From assembly GCF_035084215.1 (NCBI RefSeq), contig NC_090331.1, positions 97,154,001 through 97,218,000 on the forward strand: a stretch of DNA of 64,000 bases, given 5' to 3'. The translations under genes and the position numbers were made by a program. Below the pieces are notes generated by a model. It was not told the origin of the DNA. It worked only from the letters and a program-made list of their open reading frames with translations, and made no database searches. This stretch comes from Heptranchias perlo. Taxonomy: Eukaryota. This document shows, in pieces, positions 11,069-24,696 of the stretch. Every line of letters begins with the position of its first letter. Position 1 is the first letter of the stretch.

Positions 11069-13908
11069 GGTATCGCATTGGCCCAGAGAGCTGACTTTGT
11101 TTTAGTTTTAGCTGTTGCAAGAGAAATCAAGATTTCCAGTGATCTGATCAGCAGTAGTACCACACACCTTCCTTTCTTGCACAGCTACTCAGATATAAGT
11201 GAATAATCACATGCCACACAGATGCACGTGTTTAGTGCTTTCATCCAGGTATAATCCCCAGTTACCGCTAAGAAACAATGGCAGCACTCTCATCTCCGAG
11301 ACACAAGGTTCTGAGTTTTAAGTTCTACTTCAGGACTTGAGCACATTAATTCAGGCCAATAGTTCAGTGCAATACTGTGGAAGTGCTGTTTGTATCCTTC
11401 AAATAGGCTGTTAAACCAAGGCCCCATCTGCCTGAAAACAGAATAACTGGTCATTCATCTGTGGGACTTTACTGTGCACAAATTTGCTGCCACATTTGCC
11501 TAAATAACAACTGTGACTACACTTCAAAAACATTCACTGACTGTGAAGGGTTCGAGACATCTGAAGGATGTGAAAGTCAGTATATAAATTCAAGTTCTTG
11601 CTTTCTTTCTTACTGTTTTATCTACCACCAGCAGGAAAATTGCATTTATTATCCCACAGACAATACATAAGTTTTAAAAAAATGTACAAGATGCAGTTAA
11701 AAAATAATTTTCAAATCTTTCAAAAAATTTTTTGTACAAAAGAAGTTACTGTTGGATGTAATTCCTGCTGCTAGTAAACCAGTAACAAAGAATTGTTTCT
11801 GGATGGTTAAAATAGCCAATTAGACAGCTGTTTCCATCTAGAAGATATAGCAATTTAATGTGTGAGAAACCCATAATTTAAAATTGTAATATTGTAACAG
11901 GCCATCAGACACAAAAGATTCTGTATGGAGCCTGGGTTACTTGGCAAACACATCAAAGGAAAGAAACAGTAATCATGATTTAAGCAGCAATCTACTTCCA
12001 GCTTGTTTTCTAACGGGAGTTTGCAAATTACGTCGACCAGAAACTCTGATCAGTTATATATATGGCAGGCTGCATATCTAATATCCCTATTGTAAGCAGA
12101 AAACTCAGCATCAGTGCCCCAAACTATCTAATATTTCAGAATGCAGCCCTTGTAGAAACTGCAGAAAAGCACCTTTATGTTGTTTACCTGCCAACATTAA
12201 CTTTAACAGAACAAATTAAAAATGTAGAGAAATTCAACTTGTAATAGTGCAACTTAAAAAATGAACAAGGGCACTATTATTTCTCCCTGTATGGATACAC
12301 TGAAATTCAGACTCAATGGTGGGTGTTTTTATCTAATGAAAAAGATCTCAAGGTTACCTTGCCCTTCAATAAAGCTGTCTACCCTCAACTGTAACCTACT
12401 CAACACCCATGTGTTCATCATGATTCAGATAGCAGTTACTAAGGACGGTATTTTGTAATACCCCTTCCTCCTCTCCTAAAGGTAATCACTCTTGCTGGCG
12501 TACAGTTCCCAGTCTCCAGGGTTCTCCCCAGTACCTCGCCCCAAGTGGCCATTCTTCATGTGTCAGCAGGTTATTCAACTGCAGGGGAAACGATGGCCAA
12601 GCCCAATCTTATCCTCACCTGATGGGACATTAAGGCCAATTGAGTGCCCTACTGCTGCCTGGACATGATCAGCTACTTTAGCAGAGATCAGGGCTCGAGT
12701 ATGAGACCTCTTTGGTCTGTATGGCTAAGCTACTCATTCAATAAACTCACCAAACCATCAGAGGACTCAGTAAGTTCAATTAATTCTGGCAAACTCTGTA
12801 AACCTTAAACTAAACAGCATATTAAACATTAACATTGGAACTGGCACAAAATATCAATGTAAGATTCTGGTGGCCAAATTTCCATTCATGTTTGAGTATC
12901 CATACTTCTAAGTGTAACTATAAAAGAAGAGCATTTCCAGAGTGTAAGGGAAGGCAGGCAGTCCTTTTATTTCACTCTGGTAACTTATGCCACAACTCTA
13001 TACCCTTAAACTAAACAGCACATTGTGGCATAAGTTAATGATTAAGATGTAAACAGGATTATTAAATATCAGTTTCAATAAACTTCTAGCCTTCTGAAAT
13101 ATTCCACGCAACAGTAATTATTTGTCTCTCCCCCCTCATTAATGCAAATTATGAGAAATTTACATTAGGCAGCATTTATATTTACTAAAAGGAATCAGCA
13201 TCTAGCCTAAATCAAACTGTCTCTTAAGTGAATAATGAATAAGAAAAGCTACATACCTGAATGGTATAGTCTCCACTTTAAAATGAATCCACAAGGGACA
13301 TGGCATTTTGCCCACATTCTTTACATTGATTACCCAGAAGACACTGTTAATAAATTCAGCCACCAGGAACAATGTTTAGAGGTAAACTTAACCTTTGCTA
13401 TAAGCATGCCATTTATGAGCCAAGCACTTTTCGTGTTAATGTAAGGGACTGTCATATAGCCAAGGCCCTCAATTAATACACAATCCCCACCATACAACTA
13501 CTGCAACTAACAGGGTCCATTTTGTGCACCTACTCATAAATTGCATCTATGCATCATTTTAATGTTAAAACACAGCTATAAATATGCAGAGATGGAGTGC
13601 AAACAGTTTATAGCAATGCAACTGTTTGTGAATGGGAACTCTTCCTGGTTACAAGGTATTCAGGAAAAACAGGAAACGGAAAAAAGAGGGGATGGCAGTA
13701 TTGATCAAAGATACTGTTACAGCACTGGAAAGGGATGATGTACTTGAGGGGTCAAAGACAGAATCTATTTGGTAAGAATTAGAGAATACAGGAGCTATTA
13801 CTATACTACTTTTTATGCCGTGGTGTTCCCCAGGGGTCAGTATTAGGACCACTGCTCTTTCTGATACATATTAATGACCTGGACTTTGGTATAGAGGGTA
13901 TAATTACT

Positions 13909-16900
13909 AACCGCATCCCGGCTCCAACTCGACCACTTCTGGGTTTAACCCAGGCAGGTTTCTATGCATGTGGACAGCAGATACCAGGGGCAGGATTTTA
14001 AAAGGGAAAAACGGGTGGGTTGAGGGTGGGAGGGGGTAATCAAAATCATTGTTTTTGGGAGCAGACATCCCGGCCGGAACCTGCACATTTTTGAATGAGA
14101 CTCAGGCAAATCTGTGTGTGTGCGCACATCAGTCACCAGTAAGTCCTGCCCCCATTTAAATTTGGTGGGCCGATAATTAAAGGGGCAAATGTACCTCATT
14201 AAGGTACTTAAGGTAGTTTATGTTTTGTGTATTGGATACTTAAAAAGATTTTAACGTTACCTGGCAGCTTCTGATTCACGCATGGTGAAACCAGATTAGG
14301 GAAAAATAGACAAACTAAATCAAATAAAATTACATTGCCCATTGTAAAAAAAAAAGTAAATAAACATACCTAAAAAATAATGTTGCCTGGACCACTCCCC
14401 CAAACCTCCGGGGACCCCACTCTGATCCCGGGGGTGAGCAAGATCGCTGGGGGGGGGGGGCAAGATCGCGGGGGGTTAAGATAATGAGAAGGAGGGTAAG
14501 CTCCCAGGAGTGGGACACAGATCACGTCAGAAGGTTTGCCTGAGAGGCTGGGGGAAGCACTCCTGCTCCTCCTGGCCCACAAGCAGTGCTGGGAACACAC
14601 TTATCCGCTGGATCCGGCATCTCCTATCTCCCTTTAGTTGCTGCGTTTCCCGTGGAGGATGAAGTGTGTATGAGATGGTTTTTTAGACCAGTACGTTGAG
14701 GAGCCAACCAGGGAACAGGCTATCCTAGATTGGGTATTGTGCAATGAGAAGGGGTTAATTAATAATCTTGTTGTGCGGGGTCCTTTAGGGAAGAGTGACC
14801 ATAACATGATAGAATTCTTCATTAAGATGGAAAGTGAAGTAGTCCAATCTGAAACTAGAGTCCTAAATCTAAACGAAGGAAACTACGAAGGTATGAGGAG
14901 TGAGTTGGGAAGCTTCATTAAAAGACATGATGGTGGATAGGCAATGGCTAACGTTTAAGGAACGAATGTATGAATTGCAACAATTATACATTCCTGTCTG
15001 GCACAAAAATACAAAAGGAAAAGCAGCCCAACCATGGCTAATAAAAGAAATTAAGGGTAGTATTAGATCCAAAGAGGAGTTATATAAAGTTGCCAGAAAA
15101 AGTAGCAAGCCTGAGGATTGGGAGCAGTTTAGAATTCAGCAAAAAAGGACCAAGAGATTGATTAAGAGGGGAAAAAGAGAGTATGAGAGTAAACTTGCAA
15201 GGAACATAAAAGTGGACTGTAAAAGCTTCTACAAGTATGTAAAAAGAAAAAGATTAGTGAAGACAAATGTAGGTCCCTTACAATCAGAAATGGGAGAATT
15301 TATAATGGGGAACAAGGAAATGGCAGAGCAATTAAACAAATACTTCACGGAAGAGGACACAAATAACTTCCCAGAAATGCTAGGGAAACAAAGGTCTAGT
15401 GAAAAGGAAATTAAAGGAAATTGGTATTAGTAGAAAAAATAGTGCTGGAGAAATTAATGGGACTGAAAGCTGATAAATCTCAAGGACCTGATAATCTGCA
15501 TCCCAGAGTACTAAAAGAGGTAGCCATGGAAATAGTGGATGCATTAGTTGTCATCTGCCAAAATTCTATAGATTATGGAATGGTTCCTGCAGATTGGAGG
15601 GTGGCAAATGTAACCCCACTATTTAAAAAAGGAGGGAGAGAGAAAACAGGGAACTACAGACTATTTTCCCTACTACTAACATCAGTAGTAGGGAAAATGC
15701 TGGAGTCTATTATAAAGGATGATTTAACAGGACACTTAGAAAACATCAATGGGATTAGACAAAGTCACCATGGATTTATGAAAGGGAAATCATGTTTGAC
15801 AAACTTACTGGAGTTTTTTGAGGATGTAACTGGTAGAATAGATAGGGGAGAACCAGTGGATGTGCTTTATTTGGATTTTCAGAAGGCCTTTGATAAAGTC
15901 CCACATAAGCACATGGGATGCGGGTAATATACTGGCATGGATTGAAAATTGGTTAACAGACAGGAAACAGAGAGTAGGAATAAATGGGTCTTTTTCGGGG
16001 TGGCAGGTGCAGCAAGCAGGTAGGAAGGCAAATGGTATGTTGGCCTTCATTGCAAGAGGATTTGAATACAGGAGCAAGGATGTCTTACTGCAGTTATACA
16101 GGGTCTTGGTGAGACCACACCTGGAGTATTTTGTGCAGTTTTGGTCTCCTTACCTAAGAAAGGATATACTTGCCATAGAGGGAGTGCAGCGAAGGTTCAC
16201 CAGACTGATCTCTGGGATGGCAGGACTGTCATATGAGGAGAGATTGGGTCGACTCGGCCTGTATTCACTCGACTTTAGAAGAATAAGAGGGGATCTCATT
16301 GAAACATAAAATTCTGACAGGGCTAGACAGACTGGATGCAGGGAGGATGTTTCCCCTGGCTGGGGGGTCCAGAATGAGGGGTCACAGTCTCAGGATACGG
16401 GGTAGGACATTTAGGACTGAGATGAGGAGAAATTTCTTCCCTCAGAGGGTGGTGAACCTGTGGAATTCTCTATCACAGAAGGCTGTGGAGGCTAAGTCAC
16501 TGAATATATTTAAGAAGGAGCTAGATAGATTTCTAGACACAAAAGGCATCAAGGGGTATGGGGAGAGAGCGGGAATATGGTATTAAGATAGAGGATCAGC
16601 CATGATCATATTGAATGGCGGAGCAGGCTCGAAGGGCCGAATGGCCTACTCCTGCTCCTGTTTTCTATGAGCTCTGGGAAACCTGGCCCACAGCCATTCC
16701 ATTCAAATGGCTGTTAAAATCTGTGGAACGCAGCCTCATTAACACGTTAAAATCACTTACCCTCCTCTCCAGAGCGGGTTACTCGGCCGACCACCAACCC
16801 GTCACAGTAAAACTGGAAGTAGGTGCGTTCGTGGCAGGTTACGGTCGGGTTTCACATTTTTAACAATTTAACACCCCACTCGACCCTCTGCCGCCTGTCA

Positions 16901-16920
16901 TTGTGGGGTTAAAATTACCC
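13909..16920. mobile_element. MITE-family copy (related to 7012 and 17092) split by a CR1 insertion
   Basis: The left arm ACGGGTGGGTTGAGG...GATAATTAAAGGGGCAA.TGTACCTC is shared with 17115-17300. The right end is GGGGTTAAAATTACCC. Confidence 0.55.
14655..16668 (+). mobile_element. CR1 LINE ORF2 remnant with frameshifts and internal deletions
   Basis: [68 protein letters not shown] and FFPQRVVNLWNSL motifs, plus 3'UTR. Confidence 0.92.
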
Positions 16921-17091
16921 ACCTTATTGCTCCACCAGGCATTGCCTTTACCCACTAAGCCATCAGGAGATGTTTTTAAAAATTGCACTGCCTGATAATC
17001 AGTTTTTTTCCTTACGTATACCACAAAGAATGCAGATATGACTTGTTTATCATTCAAGTTACAATGTGAAAACTGGCATGACCCACACATT

Positions 17092-17877
17092 GGGGGTAAC
17101 TTTAACCCCCAAGAACGGGTGGGTTGAGGTCGGGTGGGAGGTTAAAATAAACTTTTTGGAGTGGGACCGCATCCTGGCTCCAATGCGCCCACTTCTGGGT
17201 TTAACCCAGGCGTGTTTGGATGCACACGCAATAGACACCCTGAAGTCCCATCCCCACTTAAAGCCGGCGGGCTGATAATTAAAGGGGCAATGTACCTCTG
17301 AGATACTTGAGTTACTTAATTCTTTGAGTATTACAAAAGTAAATTGAATTTAACCTTATCTGTTCGGGTTTCCCATTGCTTCCGATTCACGTCAGGTGAA
17401 AGCAAGCGGGAAGGGCTGATCCACGAGGTCAGGGCCTTTACTGCACTGCTTGTGGGCCCGGAGGAGCAAGAGTGCTTCATCGAGGCCTAACAAACTCACC
17501 TGGCCGAAAGGACCCCCGCGATCGTCCACAACTCCCCCCCCAACCAATGTAGGACCCCCCCTGATGCTGGACTCCCCGATGCCATCCACGTCCCCCAACC
17601 TACCCTCACCCCACCCCCCCAACTCTGATTTTTTTTCCAGGGCCCATGATCTCTCTCTCCCTCCCGCCCCCCTCTCTGATTCGCGGCTCCTTTCACTTCT
17701 GACAGGCAACCAGCCTGTCAATCTGGCTGCCTGGCGCGTGGGTAACCCGGAAACACAAATACTCACCTTCAAGTGAGTTGCAATCGCACATTGAGATGCA
17801 CTCGTTTAGCTTCCAGGTTCGTCATGCAAATATCTAGGGAATGGCTGGGTTCACGTCTCCCAGCTAAAATCACGCCC
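17092..17877. mobile_element. Harbinger-like MITE
   Basis: TIRs GGGGGTAACTTTAAC / GCTAAAATCACGCCC, a 3-bp TSD ATT and a short C-rich centre. Confidence 0.7.
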
Positions 17878-18169
17878 ATTGACTTTATAACATTAAACTT
17901 TGTCAAAGGTTTATTTCTCATCCCATTTATTTTAAAGATACTCCACTGCAAAAGTTAACTATCAGTAACACAGAGTTTGTGCATTTGCAACACTAACCTC
18001 TGCCCTTCACTCATGGTTTCAGCATCGCAAGTACACAAGCCACGCGTTATTTATATCAATAATGTCTTCAAAATGACAACCAGTATTTCACAAGTAGAAT
18101 ACTTCCGTTTCTAACTACAGTTTTTTTTAAATGGAATTTGATCATTTGGCCAAAAAAGTGTAGATGATA

Positions 18170-18400
18170 CAGTGGGTCAGACACTGATCTTTACTTCTAG
18201 CAACTGGGTTCATATCAGCTCAAACTGATGAGATGCAAGTCTCCTCTGTCTGCTGGCTGTAAGAGTCCGATATGAAATGAGTTTGGGAAGTTTCAATCTA
18301 GTACCTAATGAGTGTGGGCATACAGCTGAAAGCTGCCCATAATTTGGCACTAGATATCTGAAATGGGAAGTGTTCCAACTGCTAACACTAACATTGCTCA
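18170..18400 (+). mobile_element. LF-SINE-like fragment
   Basis: TATGAAATGAGTTTGG and CATAATTTGGCACTAG resemble the LF-SINE core. Similar to 33330-33429 plus 34590-34720. Confidence 0.45.
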
Positions 18401-18500
18401 CCTTGATGAGCACAAGATTCAAAAGGTAAAAAGCTGGAAGCTTTGGCCACAAATCAAAAACTTTTTTTCTGCTGCACTTATTTTAAGCATTTTAACTCAC

Positions 18501-18690
18501 CTTTCTGCATGCAGTATAAACAGAACTGAAAAGTCCGCGTTTATGGTGTATCCGGAGAGGCCTAGTTCTGGCTGATGTGTCATCTGTAGAAAGCAGCCGC
18601 TGTGCAGTCCTGTCCAGGTGCCTTTTCTTAGACAGAAGTTCCTCAGAACCAGAACTGTTTGAAGAGTTAGACTCATCGTCACCTAAAACA
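18501..18690 (-). CDS. KANSL1L: KANSL1L coding exon 6 (190 nt) containing the WDR5-interaction-like SARTRP motif
   Basis: Encodes (S)VLGDDESNSSNSSGSEELLSKKRHLDRTAQRLLSTDDTSARTRPLRIHHKRGLFSSVYTACRK|GTGAGT. The only phase-compatible acceptor is GTTAG|T at 18691/18690, so the 5' boundary is less certain. Confidence 0.85.
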
Positions 18691-20019
18691 CTAACAGCCG
18701 CAGTTATTTTAAAATATTGTGCAACCTAGACAAAATAAAAGAAAATTATTTTCTTTCATGAGAAAGGAACTATTTGAAAATAATATATTTCCATCACAGG
18801 TCAAATGTAGCAGAAGTGGTCAATTTTAGCCTCACAATGCTGCCCAGTCACTCTATTGCATTTAACATGCATCATAGAGCTCCACTGTAATTTGAGACTA
18901 ATTTTCCATGGGTCTGATGGCACCACAACAAACATAAAATCATTTTCAAATTTATGCTCCGTATTGTACATTAATATTTAAATAAAATGCAAGTGAAGAT
19001 ATCACAACCTGATCGAACCATAACCTGTGGATTCAAAGAAATGAGGAGACTGGAAGCACCAATCTTCCTATAAATTGATCTTCTTAAAAAAATCCTCCAC
19101 TCCTTCCAGAAAACAACTTTGTGAATAGTCACACCTTCATTTAGCACACTTATCAAAGTTCTTGTTTTATATGATGTTGCAGCCAAACAAATTGGGGAAA
19201 GTAGACTGGTAGGCAATCCGCTCTGAAATTAACTCCCCCCCCAACCCTAGCACAAATTATAGAGAACTCTGCTGTTGTGCAATGGTGCTACTGTCTTCTT
19301 CACAGCAAATCAAAGTCTCATTATTTTAGTAGAGCTAATCTCTACAACAGGATTCTACACAATTACTTTCCATCTGTTCTGGAGTAGAAATCAAGTCAAA
19401 AAGAGAATATCTTGTTTTGGTCATTCTTTCCCTTTACATGGAACCTTAAGAACTTTCTGTACAGAGAAGTGACAGCAACATGGAAGCATTCTTAATCTTT
19501 TTTCAAATTAAAAAATTGAAACCTTTAATTCTGCAAGTATACATTCAGTTCATAGTGTACTGATTGTTGTACAATGGTTTGCAAGGGCATACATTTATGT
19601 ATTAATTGGAGTTACTTACATATCTGCATAGTACAGTAGTACAACTAGTGAGGATACACCACTCATACAACAAGCAACCAGGCCTTTGTTTATGGAAGTT
19701 ACTGGGCAATTACAGGGTGGGGGGTGCAGGAATGGGTGCCATCTCTTGTCCCTCCATGTTGGATAGCCTGGTTCAAGGGTGAGGAGGGAAAGTCCATGGG
19801 CATGGCAGGGCATCAAGAAAGGAATCCCAATTGCTTGCCCAACTTCAGGCATAGTCCATGTACTACAAATCTCCCAAATACACTTTTATAACATTTTAGA
19901 CCTGTAATTCATCGTCTGTGAAATGCTTAGGGACATCTTCAGAACATGAAACTCAAGTTCTTTCGTTCTTTTGTTGGGAGGAGGGGGAAAACACACGTTC
20001 TTGCTGCAAGTAGTAAACT

Positions 20020-21175
20020 AACTTTCAAAAGGCATTTGATAAAGTACCACATAATAGACTTGTTAGCAAAATAAAAGCCCATGGGATTGAAGGGACAGTG
20101 TCAGCGTGGATACGAAATTGGTTAAGGGACAAAAAGCAAGGAGTAATGGTGAATGGTTGTTTTTCAGACTGGAGGGAAGTATACACTGGTGTTCCCCAGG
20201 GGTCAGTATTAGGACCACTGCTCTTTTTGATATATATTAATGACCTCGACTTGGGTATACAGGGTATAATTTCAAAGTTTGCAGATGACATGGAACTCGG
20301 AAATGTAGCAAACAATTGGAGGATAGTAACAGACTTCAGGAGGACATAAACAGACTGGTGAAATGGGCAGACACATGGCAGATGAAATTTAACGCAGGGA
20401 AGTGTGAAGTGATTCATTTTGGTAGGAAGAATGAGGAGAGGAAATATAAACGAAAAGATACAATTTTAAAAGGAGGGCAGGAACAGAGTGACCTGGCGGT
20501 GTATGTACACAAATCTTTGGCAGGACAAGTTGAGAAGGCAGTTAAAAAAGCATATGGGACCCTGGGCTTTATAAATCGAGGCACAGAGTACAAAAACAAG
20601 GAAGTTATGCTGAACCTTTATAAAACACTGGTTAGGCCTCAGCTAGAATGTTGTTTTCAATTCTGGGCACCACACTTTAGGAACGATGTCAATGCCTTAG
20701 AGAGGGTGCAGAGGAGATTTACTAGAATGGTACCAGGGATGAGGGACTTCAGTTATGTGGAGAGACTGGAGAAGTTGGGTTTGTTCCCCTTAGAGCAGAG
20801 AAGGTTAAGAGGAGATTTGATAGAGGTGTTCAAAATCATGAATGGTTTTGATAGAGTAAATAAGGAGAAACTGTTTCCAGTGGCTGACGGGTCAGTAACC
20901 AGAGGACACAGATTTAAGGTGATCGGCAAAAGAGCCAGGGGCGACATGAGGAAACATTTTTTTACGCAGCGAGTTATGATCTGGAATGCACTGCCTGAAA
21001 GGGTGGTGGAAGCAGATTCAATAATAACTTTCAAAAGGGAATTGGATAAATACTTGAAGGGGAAAAATTTACAGGGCTACGGGGAAGGAGCAGGGGAGTG
21101 GGACTAATTGGATAGCTCTTTCAAAGAGCTGGCACAGGCACAATGGGCCGAGTGGCCTCCCCCTGCGCTGTACCA
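20020..21175 (+). mobile_element. CR1 LINE 3' portion (RT domain)
   Basis: [50 protein letters not shown] motifs and 3'UTR. Confidence 0.92.
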
Positions 21176-23685
21176 TACCAAACTTGCCTGTTCCAGTGGG
21201 CCCGGTGTCCATGTAAGCTGAGCTAGAATCAGCTTGAATGTTTTAACAAACTGTACATTCACAAAGTTTTATTTCAGTTTATTCCACGGGTTCACATTTC
21301 TAGCGACTCATCATTACATAGACTGTACAGCACAGAAACAGGTCATTTGGCCGAACAGGTCCATGCCAGTGTTTATGCTCCATACGAGCCTTCGTCACTT
21401 CAGCTTAGCATGTAGATTCTGAATTGAAGTGTACTGTTCTCATGCCACCAGCTCCTGATGTGTGGGTCTCATGCAACCATTGGAAACAACACTTTTTAAA
21501 GACAATGTCCAGGAAGGTCTTTTTGTTTTAAATTGGAACTTCTCCAACTTCAGATGTAGTCCATATATTACCTGCTCAGATCGAAAAATCTCTCATAGAC
21601 GCTTCTACATGTTTTATTCTTGAGTCATTGGCTGTGAATTGCTTTGGGATGTCCTGAGGACATGAAAGGCACTCTGGTCCAGAATGTTGTCGTACTTTTC
21701 AGTTCAACAACAGGGTAATAGCCGTGTTGCGCCGGGATTTTTTGAGGAATGGGCACGACATGCGCTGATTTTAGCAAGACCTCACTACACGTGAATTTCA
21801 TCAATCATTTGCACCACACCCAAGTACGTCTGTCGAAATCTCACTTAGCTCATTAACATAGTTCCACCTACATGCAAAAGCCAAGAGAACGCAAGTTCTC
21901 AACAGACGTAAGTTTATGTCCAAAATTTTAGGCACAGCAAGATTCCAAGTCACTGAGGGTGACCTTTGGAGTGTGAAACAGGCGATATCGATCGACGGAC
22001 TGTTATACACGGAGTATGATTTTCCTTGCCATTGACTTCAATGTGTGTAGCGGGGTAACGAGTGGCAGATCTGATATCGCCCATTTTAGATTATCACCAA
22101 AAATTAAAATTACCCCCGCTAGTTCTGGTGTCTTATAGCATTTTTTAAAGCATTTTTAAAATTTCTGCTTACTGAGACCTGCACTGTATTTTCTATATGC
22201 TTTTTTATGGCATCAGAATCTGTTACATTGAAAAGAGAAAACCTTCCATAATTGCATTTTCTCAAACATGCTATGCATAATGTGCATAAATGATAGTTTG
22301 ATGGTTTCAAACCTTAATTTTCATAAGATAAAGAGGGATTTAAAGAAGGAAGATGGCGTTTGTTCTGAGCTTTCCTCAGGCCCTGATTACACTGATTTCC
22401 GCTTGTTTTCCATCAGTTTTTATGTTCTGGTGTATGCTAATGAGATTCTCAGGAAATTTTGGCGTAAGTTGTCATTGGCAAGATCGGTGGAGAAGCTGGG
22501 GTAAATGTCAGCACAAGTCAGGTCGAGGAAATTCCAGCCCGGTATAAACTCAAGTTCTTTCTTTCTGGAAAATTTAAAACAAAGGGGACTTCCCGGCCAA
22601 CATCTGGCTTTTGTGGGCCCGGTAAACACACAGCTCTGATTGCAGCCTGATCCCCATGATGTGCATGGAAATGTCATAATATGATGTCGGTGTGTACATA
22701 CACCATACTCCAGGATCTACTCTACAACTCTGCTCACACAGAGACTGGCTGCATTATTCACAAATAAATGCGGGATAGCAACACGGTTAAGTCACTCTCC
22801 CGAAACCTGATCCTCAATATATAACTACCTTCAGAATCGAATCTGCTGGTTCCTCACAAAGAACCTACCAACTTCTACTTTATCTATTCCCTTCACATGT
22901 TAAAACACTTGAATTGTGTTCAACCCAATCTTCCTTTTTCTAGTGAATCAGTTGAGCTTTCTGAGTCTCAGCACATAGCTCGATGATCTAAGTTCCGTAA
23001 TCATTTTTGTTGTCCTTTGTACTCTTTCCAGTGCTGTATGTCTTTCAGAAGGTACGGTGACCAGAAGAAAATGGAACAGTCCAAGTGTTGTTGGGTAAAA
23101 TGCAAGTACATTTGCACATGGTGGACCATGGTTTATATATAGTCATGGGCTGGTCCAGATTTTTCTGGACAGGACTATTTGTACATCTTCTTTAAATCAA
23201 CCTGTATATGTTCTAAGTTTAACAGTGTACCTAACAATCATATAGTCTTCCAGAAAGCTCTTCAGCACCATCATCACAACAAATCTTCCAACCACAGCAT
23301 TCCAGACAGGGCACTGAAACAACATAGTCTCAAAGGCCCCCTCACAATACTGAGATTTGGGGTCAGCACAGACTCTCCCGGATAGACCAGAAGATTTAGA
23401 AGGTATAAATTCAGTTAAACTCCTTATCTTTTCAGCTCAAGGACGTGCATTTTTGACCCCCTACTTAGAATCAATCTAACACCACAAAGAACTCTGAAAC
23501 TGGTTTGCATGGGTCAGTAATTCTAAAGAGTTGCATTTGATTAACATTACTTAGGCAACAACAGCATGACATTCTGTATTACAACAGAGGTAACTGTTAA
23601 CCATCTGTGAATCACATTCCTATGTAGGAAATGCAAAATGAGTTACCAATGCAGCTGTTAGAGACAAATTAACATGTATTCCTAC

Positions 23686-23798
23686 CTGCAGATGATGCCA
23701 TCAAGACGGCTGCATGGCTTACAGGAGACAGGAGAAGAAGCAGGAGATAAATTGAGCGGAGGAATCAAACTGTTGACTGATTCTGTTAGCTGTGCACT
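23686..23798 (-). CDS. KANSL1L: KANSL1L coding exon 5 (113 nt)
   Basis: CTACAG|AGT GCA CAG... encodes SAQLTESVNSLIPPLNLSPASSPVSCKPCSRLDGIIC, then AG|GTAGGA. Matches the KANSL1L SAQLTE..NSLI.PLNLSP.SSP motif. Phase 0/2. Confidence 0.92.
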
Positions 23799-23924
23799 CT
23801 GTAGACAATTAATAAATAATCCTTTCAACCTCTGTCTCTAAGAGCACGATTCTGTGTATGTGAAGCAAATACCTAAACAGCATTTTCCAGCTTGAACTAT
23901 CCTTAATTGTTTTAAACTGAAGAT

Positions 23925-24360
23925 AGAATCATAGAAGTTTACAACATGGAAACAGGCCCTTCGGCCCAACATGTCCATGTCGCCCAGTTTATACCACTAA
24001 GCTAGTCCCAATTGCCTGCACTTGGCCCATATCCCTCTATACCCATCTTACCCATGTAACTGTCCAAATGCTTTTTAAAAGACAAAATTGTACCCGCCTC
24101 TACTACTGCCTCTGGCAGCTCGTTCCAGACACTCACCACCCTTTGAGTGAAAAAATTGCCCCTCTGGACCCTTTTGTATCTCTCCCCTCTCACCTTAAAT
24201 CTATGCCCCCTCGTTATACACTCCCCTACCTTTGGGAAAAGATTTTGACTATCTACCTTATCTATGCCCCTCATTATTTTATAGACTTCTATAAGATCAC
24301 CCCTAAACCTCCTACTCTCCATGGAAAAAAGTCTCAGTCTATCCAACCTCTCCCTATAAG
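23925..24360 (-). mobile_element. CR1 3' end
   Basis: YRERLDRLRLFS...FFTQRVVSVWNELP plus a TTCTATGATTCTAT tail. Confidence 0.88.
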
Positions 24361-24498
24361 ATAATTTTACAGAACTCAGTTTCTTTATCTTAACCATTTA
24401 ACATGTTTTTTTGAACAATTGATTGTGACTGTAATGCTACTGGCTGTGCAAGTAATCAACTGGTTCCAGCTTTAACTTATTAGACATTTCCTTTCTAC

Positions 24499-24696
24499 CT
24501 GTTTATCTATATTCCTTAGAAGGAGGGAAGGACTGCTTGGTGACATTTCCAAATTGCATTCCAGGGTTGAATCCTTTATCTCTGCAGGAGTTTTATTATT
24601 CTCGGCTGCGCTTAATAAAGCTGCTGCTTCTGTCAACCGCATCTGCTGTTTCATAATGTTTTTGGAAGGCTGTGAATCGTCCAGGATCACCATTCC
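24499..24696 (-). CDS. KANSL1L: KANSL1L coding exon 4 (198 nt)
   Basis: GTCTAG|GGA ATG... encodes GMVILDDSQPSKNIMKQQ...LEMSPSSPSLLLRNIDKQ|GTAGAA. The EMSPSSP.LLLRNI.KQ motif is KANSL1L-type rather than KANSL1. Phase 0/0. Confidence 0.92.
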
